Source: Candidatus Babeliales bacterium
Lineage (GTDB): Bacteria; Babelota; Babeliae; Babelales; JABDEC01
Assembly (NCBI GenBank): GCA_031292305.1
Contig: JARLHJ010000045.1
Span: forward strand, 6,791 to 70,790
Length of the DNA stretch: 64,000 bases
Direction of reading: 5' to 3'
In this document: positions 27,175-35,634 of the stretch, piece after piece
How the letters are laid out: every line of letters begins with the position of its first letter
How positions within the stretch are numbered: the stretch's first letter is position 1
Notes under the pieces: model-generated
Database searches by the model: none
Told to the model about the DNA's origin: nothing
Seen by the model: only the letters and a program-made list of their open reading frames with translations
Program-made: the position numbers and the translations under genes

Positions 27175-29784
27175 ATGCTACAACGAATTACAAAATATAT
27201 ATTATTAACATTAATTGGTATTAATTTATTAAACGCTGCAGATGCAAATCAGGTGCAAAAAGATGAAAAAATTGAAGCAAAGACTTTTAAAATAGGTGAG
27301 CCACTAGATTTTACAATAGGGACACATGCTGTTTATATAGATAAACATGACCCTAAGATTTTTGGATTTTTTATAGGTGCAAGTGAAGCAAAAGAAGGAA
27401 ATGAATACGCCATTGCAGCAGGTTATCGTAATGGAGACACAATTTTATCAACAGCACCTGCAAAAATAACTCTAAATTCAAAAGCAGATCAAATTAATCC
27501 CTTAAATGGTGCTAAGATTTCGCTGCTTGCATTAATTTCTAAATACCCAGTAACAGTAAAATCAGGCGAAGATAATATAATTTATTTATATAATGAAAAA
27601 AATTCATTATTATCTACTCCAAAATTAAATGATGCAAATGATCAAGTAAGTTACAAAATTATTCAATTGGCTACTGCTGACAATGGTTCATTGCCAGGAA
27701 GTGCAATTTTTGCCGCGGTTAAAAATAATAAAGGCCAGGAATTTGGAGCACAAGGCAGTGGAATAGCATTTGCTGCGGTTGAAGATAAAACCACAGAAAT
27801 TAAAACTATTAATAAAGATAAAAAAGAAGAAGTAAAAAGTGAGACAACTCGTAATCTTGTAGTTGCTAATGCAGATCCTAAAGATAAAAAAACTAAAGAA
27901 AATAAAGCGGCCCCATTTTCTGGATCGATAAATTCGATTAAAATTAATAATCCTGCAAAAATTATTTCAGATATTGTAGACATGCATTGGGACGAAACTT
28001 TAGCTAGGTTGTACATCGCTTTACAAGTTAGATCTAATCCAAAAGCAAATAGTGGCGCAAGGGCTGTTGTGGCTTGTCGTGTTGTAGTAACTACAAAAGA
28101 AGAAACTAATTCGGCTGGCGTAAAAGAAAAAAATAAAATATATAAGCTATATTTTGATCCTATTGTTACTAATTTAGCAATATCAGGAAATGATCAAATT
28201 ATTGCAACCGGACAAGCAAATACAGATGTTTCTATATTAAAAGTTAAAACAATGCATACAAGTACATGGTTAAGTTATTTAATAGTTTTAGATGAAAATA
28301 AACAATTATATGCTTTGCCTTTGGTAGATAAAAGACGGGAAAAAGTAAGCCTAGCTTTAGATAAATATCAGGGAACTTTAGCAAAGTTTGATCAAGAGCC
28401 ACACATATATTATGATGATAATTTTTTTATTTCACGCGCTTTTACAAAACCAGCATTAAATCCTAATGATTTATTAACAGTAAATAATGTAACTGCAAAA
28501 ATTGGTAATGGACCAGTACCAATTCAAAGTGGTAAACAAATAACAGATATGTTTGTAATTGGTGATGCTGTATATGTAACATCGGAAAGTGGTGTACTTT
28601 ATTCACAACCAATTTTTGACGAGTTAGGTAGAATTGCTGCTTGGACAAATTGGCAAAGTTTTGCAATAGATAAAAAAGTGTATGGCGGAACTTATGATGT
28701 ATATACCGGTCAGTTTTGGTATTTAACTAGCTCCTCTGATAAAATTAATATTTTAAACCGTACTGACTGGCAAACAGATGATAAAAATACAATACAAAAA
28801 AGAATTAATTCATTATTTGTAACAAGCGGTGGCATTCAAGGTTTCTTTGAGTTTCCGCAAGAAGAGATTTTTGTAGCTACTGGTTTTCAGAAAATTGCTT
28901 TAATTAATTCAACAGACATGCAAGATATAAAAGTTTTTGAAGATAAAGCTATAAAAGAAGTTGGTAATATAATTGCTGCAACTATGGTTAAAAACAATAA
29001 CAATAATTGGTTAGTAGTTGGCGGAACAAATGGTCTTGCAATTAAGTTTAACAATGCATTCAAGGCAATTGGTAACTATCAGCTTGTAAAGAAAATTTCT
29101 TCTAAAGACAACTATTTATATGTGCTTACAGATAAGACATTTGATAGAATTGAGTTAACTTCTGAAACTATAAATAACAATAAATTAAATACTGTCACAC
29201 TAACCAACATAGACAATCAGATATTTAACCCACACGTAACGTTTAGTGATTTTATTGTATCAAATAAATTAGTATTACTTGGTACTTCAATAGGTTTATT
29301 CAGAATTTCAGGTGCACAAAAATTAACAGAAATTAATGTGCCTGGTAGCGTTGGTCCAATTTTAAAACTTCTGTTAATGCCTGTTAATAATGTTGGACAG
29401 CTTTATGTTTTAAGTGGGTATATAGGTTTTTATCAAGCAAAAATAAATAGATTATTTGTTGATTTATCTAATAATAAAATAAAACCTGTAAATGATATGT
29501 TTGTAAAAAATCAGCTTGATAGTTTATATGATTTTGAAAGTTTTAGAAATGACATTTTGCCTATTGGTGCAACATTGTTAAATAGTAATTCAAGAGATCT
29601 AAATATCAGCTTAGCATTAAAATCTACACCTGGTTTGGTGACTGGAAGCAGAGCAATAACAAAAGATTCTTTTAATTATAATTTAGATGTAAATAAATTT
29701 AATCAATTTTATGGTATGTTACTAAACAGTACAACTGGTAATTTGATAGTTAATGGCGATTTTGGACTAATTATTAATAGTTAA
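27175..29784 (+). CDS. Large secreted beta-rich (beta-propeller-like) protein
   Basis: Signal peptide; 869 aa dominated by short beta-strands with repeated GT..GL turns. Confidence 0.65.
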   Translation: MLQRITKYILLTLIGINLLNAADANQVQKDEKIEAKTFKIGEPLDFTIGTHAVYIDKHDPKIFGFFIGASEAKEGNEYAIAAGYRNGDTILSTAPAKITLNSKADQINPLNGAKISLLALISKYPVTVKSGEDNIIYLYNEKNSLLSTPKLNDANDQVSYKIIQLATADNGSLPGSAIFAAVKNNKGQEFGAQGSGIAFAAVEDKTTEIKTINKDKKEEVKSETTRNLVVANADPKDKKTKENKAAPFSGSINSIKINNPAKIISDIVDMHWDETLARLYIALQVRSNPKANSGARAVVACRVVVTTKEETNSAGVKEKNKIYKLYFDPIVTNLAISGNDQIIATGQANTDVSILKVKTMHTSTWLSYLIVLDENKQLYALPLVDKRREKVSLALDKYQGTLAKFDQEPHIYYDDNFFISRAFTKPALNPNDLLTVNNVTAKIGNGPVPIQSGKQITDMFVIGDAVYVTSESGVLYSQPIFDELGRIAAWTNWQSFAIDKKVYGGTYDVYTGQFWYLTSSSDKINILNRTDWQTDDKNTIQKRINSLFVTSGGIQGFFEFPQEEIFVATGFQKIALINSTDMQDIKVFEDKAIKEVGNIIAATMVKNNNNNWLVVGGTNGLAIKFNNAFKAIGNYQLVKKISSKDNYLYVLTDKTFDRIELTSETINNNKLNTVTLTNIDNQIFNPHVTFSDFIVSNKLVLLGTSIGLFRISGAQKLTEINVPGSVGPILKLLLMPVNNVGQLYVLSGYIGFYQAKINRLFVDLSNNKIKPVNDMFVKNQLDSLYDFESFRNDILPIGATLLNSNSRDLNISLALKSTPGLVTGSRAITKDSFNYNLDVNKFNQFYGMLLNSTTGNLIVNGDFGLIINS

Positions 29785-29797
29785 AGGCTTGCAGCAA

Positions 29798-31033
29798 ATG
29801 TTGAACACAAAATTAAAAATATTCTCTTTAATTTGTATTAATTTATTTTTTAGCGCAAATGCTAATTTCGATTTAAATCTTTACAAAAGATATGATGTGA
29901 ACTTTAAACCATATAGATATGATGACAAACCATTCTTATATGCCTTTTTATTTGAGCATGCATTAGACATCTATGCAAGGAATAACGATGGTGATAGAAA
30001 AAATGTACTGCAATTATGGAATGATGATATTGATGGCTTAGCCATGTTACGTGGTTTTAAAAAAGATAGTAAAATAGGGGAATTAGCGACAGCACTAAAT
30101 TTAGTAAATGATGTTGGAACTCGTGGCCGTGTTGTGCCATGCGGAGATCTTAAAGCTTGGGGAGCTTCATCTTATTTAAGATATAATTTGCCGCACGATG
30201 TGTTTATAAGTTTATTTATTCCTGTTTATTCAATGTCTTTAAATAGAATAAGTTTTAAAGATGAAACGCAAAATTTATCCTTTTTAGATGATCTAACAAA
30301 AGATGATTTAACTAATGAATTTAGAAAAAATGTTCAAGACTTAAGTGGCATTTATTTAGGTCCATGGAAAAGAACCGGATTTGGTGATTTAATGGGTACA
30401 ATTGAATGGGATAGAAATTTCATTCAAGAAAAACCTATTTTAAAAGAGGTACATTTAAACGGTAGACTTGGTGTTAATTTTCCAACGGGTTTAAAGCTTG
30501 ATGAAGATAAGCTATTTGAAATTCCTTTTGGTTACCAATTTTGGGGATTGTATTTTGGTGGTGGCATAGATTTATTATGGTGGAATTGTATAAAGGGTGG
30601 CATTGACGTTGAGTTTTTACAATTGTTTAGTGCAGCAAGATGCGTACGTGTTAAAACTGACAGAACCCAAACAGATCTTCTTTTATTGGCAAAGACACGT
30701 GCAATTGTAGAACCTGGTTTTGTTTCTCGATACAATCTTTATTTAGAAGCACATAAATTTAATGACATTTTTAATTTACGAGTAGCGTATCAATATTATA
30801 GAAAGACTAAAGATAGACTTTGGTTATTTGATAATCAATACTCTAATGAAATAGCTAATACTTCTGATGCTCGTAGAGATAGCACATTGCATCAATTTCT
30901 GTTCATCTTTGGAGCTGAATTTGACCAAGAATGTTATAATACTAATTTCTCTTTGTTTTATAAGTTGCCATTTGAAGGAAAGCGATCATTGCAGACATCT
31001 ACTATCGGCTTGAATTTTTATATAAACTTTTAA
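29798..31033 (+). CDS. Putative outer-membrane beta-barrel protein
   Basis: Signal peptide (ANA/NF); amphipathic strands; ends IGLNFYINF (terminal Phe beta-signal); 13 bp after previous gene. Confidence 0.7.
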   Translation: MLNTKLKIFSLICINLFFSANANFDLNLYKRYDVNFKPYRYDDKPFLYAFLFEHALDIYARNNDGDRKNVLQLWNDDIDGLAMLRGFKKDSKIGELATALNLVNDVGTRGRVVPCGDLKAWGASSYLRYNLPHDVFISLFIPVYSMSLNRISFKDETQNLSFLDDLTKDDLTNEFRKNVQDLSGIYLGPWKRTGFGDLMGTIEWDRNFIQEKPILKEVHLNGRLGVNFPTGLKLDEDKLFEIPFGYQFWGLYFGGGIDLLWWNCIKGGIDVEFLQLFSAARCVRVKTDRTQTDLLLLAKTRAIVEPGFVSRYNLYLEAHKFNDIFNLRVAYQYYRKTKDRLWLFDNQYSNEIANTSDARRDSTLHQFLFIFGAEFDQECYNTNFSLFYKLPFEGKRSLQTSTIGLNFYINF

Positions 31034-31392
31034 TTAGCTTCAACAATTTCTATACCATTATCTTGCGTAGAAATAATGTTATAAATTTTATCGTTTTCTA
31101 TATTCATAAGTTTAGAGGTAATATGATGCATAGCATCATCTTTCTTTATAATTAATTCTGCATAGAACATTATAAATTTTCCAAATTCATTGTTTGACCT
31201 TGCAAGAATAAAGTTTTGCTCTTCAGGTTTTAAAGTTTTGCCGGGAACAGCGACCAAATATCTAGACTTTCCGGGTATGTAATAAATGTTAATAGTATAA
31301 TTAGTCATATTATTAACCGCTGGACTTTGTATGTCTTCTGATGCTTTAACTATAAAAGCATAGAATATGACTATAAGTAATGATTTTTTCAT
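31030..31392 (-). CDS. Small secreted hypothetical protein
   Basis: Signal peptide (VKA/SE); beta-rich. Confidence 0.65.
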   Translation of the reverse strand: MKKSLLIVIFYAFIVKASEDIQSPAVNNMTNYTINIYYIPGKSRYLVAVPGKTLKPEEQNFILARSNNEFGKFIMFYAELIIKKDDAMHHITSKLMNIENDKIYNIISTQDNGIEIVEAN

Positions 31393-31454
31393 TTGTTATT
31401 TCTTTAGTTCTTCGGGTTTTATTATTATCATACAATAATATGACTAATTTTAAA

Positions 31455-31955
31455 TTATTTAGATCTTAAAAATTTTTCTAATTTAACAAATCCAATTTTT
31501 TCATTCTTTTCATTTTTTGTATATTTAATAGAAGTTTTATAAATAATATCATCTTCAATTTCTATAAACGGTGAAGATTGAATATTTTCATATCCAATTA
31601 AACCACCATGCTCAGATTTGCCTAATGATGCAGATACTTCAAACATTGTAGCTTCTTCAAAATTGTATATAGATTTATTGTTGATTGTTTTAATAGAATA
31701 TGTGCCTAGATTTATTACTGCCATCTCATGTGGTTTTATTAAAAGAAAGTCATTTTTATATACATAACTTGAAATGGTTATTTTATTATAATTTATTTGA
31801 TCTGTTAGATATACAGGATTTAAACTTATAGTTAAATAATGTGTGTCGTCAGTATTTATTACTATAAATTGTCTTGTTTTGTATTCAAAGTCCTCTAATC
31901 TATTTGGTTGCGCATTTATTAACAAGTGAAATAATAAAACAAGAAAAATTTTCAT
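31455..31955 (-). CDS. Secreted hypothetical protein
   Basis: Signal peptide (INA/QP); RBS GAGGA. Confidence 0.65.
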   Translation of the reverse strand: MKIFLVLLFHLLINAQPNRLEDFEYKTRQFIVINTDDTHYLTISLNPVYLTDQINYNKITISSYVYKNDFLLIKPHEMAVINLGTYSIKTINNKSIYNFEEATMFEVSASLGKSEHGGLIGYENIQSSPFIEIEDDIIYKTSIKYTKNEKNEKIGFVKLEKFLRSK

Positions 31956-31967
31956 AGGGTCCTCAAA

Positions 31968-34499
31968 TTAAAATGTTTTGAAAAAATATTTTTTACTAAA
32001 TTCTACAGTCATACAATAAAAACCAAGTAAGACGAGCATTGGTAAAATTATATTAAAAGGTATAGGGGTTAATTGGAAAAGTTTAGAGACAACTGTGATA
32101 TAAGGTAAAATTATTGTAAAAGCCAACATTATCATCGATGTAATAATTAAACTTTTACCTGGTTTACTTTTATAAAAGGGATGTGTTGTACGTATTATAA
32201 AAGTGATCAATAATTCTGCAATTAATGAAAACATAAATAATATTGATCTAAAATTTATGACATCAACATGGTAAACATTCATTAATAAAAGTAATAAAAT
32301 AACATCAAAAATTGAACTAATTGCTCCAAAAATAATCATAAAACGAATAATTAATTTAAAATCCCATTTTCTGGGTTTAACTAATAATTCTTTATCAACA
32401 TTATCAGTGGCCATGCCAGTAAGCGCAACATCACTTATTAAATTAGCTAATAATATTTGTGATGGTAATTGCGGTATAAATGGCAAGAAAAAAGAAAAAA
32501 TTTCTATTGTTATCATGTTACCTAGATTGGAACTTATTGAATTTAAAATATATTTTGTACAATTTCCAAAAGCTTTTCTACCTTCAATAATGCCGTCGGT
32601 TAATACATTTAAGCTTTTTTCTAACAAAACTACCTGTGCAGCGTCTTTGGCTATTTCTACAGCAGAACTCACGGATATCCCAACATCAGAAATTTTAAGA
32701 GCAGGCGTGTCATTTACACCATCTCCTAGATAACCTACAATATGTTCATTAGAATTTAGCACTTTAACAATTCTATATTTTTGCTCAGGATTAATTCTTG
32801 CAAACACATTATACTTAGAGAAAATTTCAAAAGCTTTTTCATCAGAAATTTCATCAACTTCATTACCTGTTATTATTCTATCTTCTATAATTTTAATATT
32901 TAAATCAGTACAAACTTTTTTTGTGATTAAAGGGCTATCGCCAGTAATAATTTTTATATTAACTTTTAATTTATTTAATTTTTCTAAAGATTCTTTTACA
33001 CCCTCTTTTGGAGGATCAATAAAGATTAAATAGCCTAAGAAATTTAAATCGCGTTCTAAATCATCTGTTATTGTAGTTGCATCTGTTTTTTTACCTGCAA
33101 GAACAATAACTCTGTATCCATCTTTTTCATAATTATCAATCTGTTCTTTAACTTTAGTAGTTTCTTCTTGTGTTAACTTACAAAGTGGTAAAATATTATC
33201 CGGTGAGCCTTTAGTTAGAAAAGTCTTTTCACTATTTTTTTCAATAATACAATTGATACGTCGTTTTTTAAAATTAAATTCAGATAAATCGATCACTTGA
33301 TATTTATCTAGTTCCGTAATTAAATTTTTTTCTTTAGCTTTTTCCCATAAACACTTATCCATCGGGTTATTAAAAAAAGTTTTTTCTGTTTTAAAAATGC
33401 TTTGGCTGCAAAGTAATGATTGCACTAATAAATCTGTGTTTTCATTGTCGTTAATATCAATAAATTTATCTAAAGAGAAAACACCTTCAGTAAGAGTACC
33501 TGTTTTGTCACTGCAGAGTGTATCCATGTTTCCCAAATTTTCTATGCTCGAAAGTTGTTTTACAATTACTTTTTTTGCAGCCATTTTTCTGGCGCCGCGT
33601 GCTAAAGTGATTGTCAAAATTATTGGTAATAATTCAGGTGTAATTCCAACTGCTAATGCTAAAGCAAATAGGACAGATTCTAAAAAATTCTTGTGTTGTA
33701 TTGTGTTAACGAGAAAAACAAAGAATGTCATTATTAATATTATCTTAATCATTAATTTGCTAAATTTAGTAACATTTTTCTCGAAGTCAGTTATAGTTTC
33801 TTTTTTTTGTAAAATTTGTGCGATTTTGCCAAAATATGTTTGATCTCCTGTGATTGTCACAACCCCATAACATTCACCTGAAAGTATTGATGTTCCCATT
33901 AATAGCATATGTGATGCCTCATTAGGTTCAGATATGTTATTATTTTCAAGAATAATTTTTTTTTCGACAGGCATTGATTCGCCAGTTAAAGATGATTCAT
34001 CAACTGTAAGATCTTTAAGTTGAATTATTCTTATATCTGCAGGCACCATATCACCTAGGGTTAAGTAGACTATATCTCCTGGAATTATTTGTTCTGAATC
34101 TATTTCTATTGTTTTATTGTCTCTTATTACTTTGTTTTTAGATTTCGTATATTGTTTTAAAAGCTCAAAAGTTTTTGCTGTTTTATATTCCTGAAAAAAT
34201 CCTAATAATGAATATAATACGATCATTGATAGAATTAAGATTGCCTCTAGGTGGTCACCAGTGAAATATGAAAGAATAGTACAAAAAATTAATATCCATA
34301 ATAATGGGTTTTTAAATTGGCGAATAAATATACTTATTGCGCTTTCTCTTTTTTCTTTTGTTATTTCATTGTATCCAAATTTTTTTAATCGAGAATCTGC
34401 TTCAATTGAACTTAAACCATTTTTTGAAGAGGCAAGCTCTTTATATAATTCATCTAGTGACAGGTTCCAAAATCTGGTATCTTGATTGTTGTTTTCCAT
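31968..34499 (-). CDS. mgtA: Magnesium-translocating P-type ATPase
   Basis: DESSLTGES, AVGITPELLP, CSDKTGTLT, TGD, GDGVND; C-terminus KW..I.RFM..FG..SS.FD typical of MgtA/B. Confidence 0.88.
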   Translation of the reverse strand: MENNNQDTRFWNLSLDELYKELASSKNGLSSIEADSRLKKFGYNEITKEKRESAISIFIRQFKNPLLWILIFCTILSYFTGDHLEAILILSMIVLYSLLGFFQEYKTAKTFELLKQYTKSKNKVIRDNKTIEIDSEQIIPGDIVYLTLGDMVPADIRIIQLKDLTVDESSLTGESMPVEKKIILENNNISEPNEASHMLLMGTSILSGECYGVVTITGDQTYFGKIAQILQKKETITDFEKNVTKFSKLMIKIILIMTFFVFLVNTIQHKNFLESVLFALALAVGITPELLPIILTITLARGARKMAAKKVIVKQLSSIENLGNMDTLCSDKTGTLTEGVFSLDKFIDINDNENTDLLVQSLLCSQSIFKTEKTFFNNPMDKCLWEKAKEKNLITELDKYQVIDLSEFNFKKRRINCIIEKNSEKTFLTKGSPDNILPLCKLTQEETTKVKEQIDNYEKDGYRVIVLAGKKTDATTITDDLERDLNFLGYLIFIDPPKEGVKESLEKLNKLKVNIKIITGDSPLITKKVCTDLNIKIIEDRIITGNEVDEISDEKAFEIFSKYNVFARINPEQKYRIVKVLNSNEHIVGYLGDGVNDTPALKISDVGISVSSAVEIAKDAAQVVLLEKSLNVLTDGIIEGRKAFGNCTKYILNSISSNLGNMITIEIFSFFLPFIPQLPSQILLANLISDVALTGMATDNVDKELLVKPRKWDFKLIIRFMIIFGAISSIFDVILLLLLMNVYHVDVINFRSILFMFSLIAELLITFIIRTTHPFYKSKPGKSLIITSMIMLAFTIILPYITVVSKLFQLTPIPFNIILPMLVLLGFYCMTVEFSKKYFFKTF

Positions 34500-34569
34500 G
34501 TTTCATCCTATAATCTAAGTTTATTACTATGATTATGAGAAAAATTGCTTATAAAGCACAAGATTAATA

Positions 34570-34941
34570 ATGAATATAAAGATCAAAATAGGCTGTGATA
34601 TTATCCATAAAGATAGATTTATAGAATTAACCCAGCAGGAATCTGTATTAAATAAGATTTTTACTAAGCACGAACTAGCATATTCTAGCTCATTAGAAAA
34701 GCTAATAGGTGTTTTTGCAGCTAAAGAAGCCGTTTTAAAGGCTCTAGAACTGAAACCAGGATCTTGGGAGCTAATTGAGGTAATAAAACAAGAAAATGGC
34801 AAACCTGCTGTTAAATTGCTTAATTATAGTGGCTATAATAACATAATTAGCCAAGATATTAGTATAAGCCATGATGGGGAATACGTTTTTGCAGTGGCCA
34901 GTTTCCTAATTACTGCAGAAAATATAGCTAGCAAGTCTTAA
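34570..34941 (+). CDS. acpS: Holo-[acyl-carrier-protein] synthase, copy 2
   Basis: IGCDII, FT..E, GVFAAKEAVLKAL, GKP, ISISHDGEY. Confidence 0.88.
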   Translation: MNIKIKIGCDIIHKDRFIELTQQESVLNKIFTKHELAYSSSLEKLIGVFAAKEAVLKALELKPGSWELIEVIKQENGKPAVKLLNYSGYNNIISQDISISHDGEYVFAVASFLITAENIASKS

Positions 34942-35063
34942 TTTAATTCTATTTAAGTTAATAAATACAGGAAAAAGAAGAAAAGATAGTCCCCCAATAG
35001 AAAATACTTGCTGAATTTTTAAAAAATAATATATTTAAATAAGATATTAGTATTAGTTACAAA

Positions 35064-35155
35064 ATTGAAATGTTTTTGTTATGGGTTGTTTTATATTTAT
35101 AAGTCATATAAAAAAATCTGCAGTTCTTGTTACTATTATTGATAAACATTTCAAT
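35064..35155 (+). promoter_or_regulatory. Structured 5' leader of RRM gene
   Basis: ATTGAAATGTTT (35064-75) pairs perfectly with AAACATTTCAAT (35144-55), enclosing TTTTATAT/ATATAAAA. Confidence 0.45.
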
Positions 35156-35198
35156 GGTGAAATGTTAAGTGAAACAGTTAAAGCTAAAGGAAAATTGC

Positions 35199-35537
35199 AT
35201 GAGCAATAAGCTATATGTTGGAAATTTATCATTTTCAACAACAGAAGATAAACTAAGAGACTTATTTTCTCAATACGGTACAGTAGAATCTGTAAAAATT
35301 ATCAAAGATGAAATTGGACGCTCAAAAGGCTTCGCTTTTGTTGAAATGTCAGGCGAATCAGAAGCTTCTGATGCAGCTAAAAATTTAAATGGTAATGAAT
35401 TAGATGGTAGAACTATCAGAGTTGATTTAGCTCGCCCTCAAGAAGCTCGTCCAAGAACTTCTTCAGGACCAAGAGGCGGCGGCAATAGCAATGGTGGAGA
35501 ACGCCGTGGCGGTTTCCGTTCATCTGGCAATTGGTAA
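35199..35537 (+). CDS. RRM (RNP-1) RNA-binding protein with Gly/Arg tail
   Basis: RNP2 LYVGNL, RNP1 KGFAFVEM, RGG tail; ATG at 35199 follows AAGGA. Confidence 0.95.
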   Translation: MSNKLYVGNLSFSTTEDKLRDLFSQYGTVESVKIIKDEIGRSKGFAFVEMSGESEASDAAKNLNGNELDGRTIRVDLARPQEARPRTSSGPRGGGNSNGGERRGGFRSSGNW

Positions 35538-35634
35538 TCTGACCTCAACTAATTAATTACTTGACTCTTTAGATTAGTCTAAGTCTATATTAAGATATTA
35601 TAACTTAATAACTTTTATAAACTTAAATTAATCA

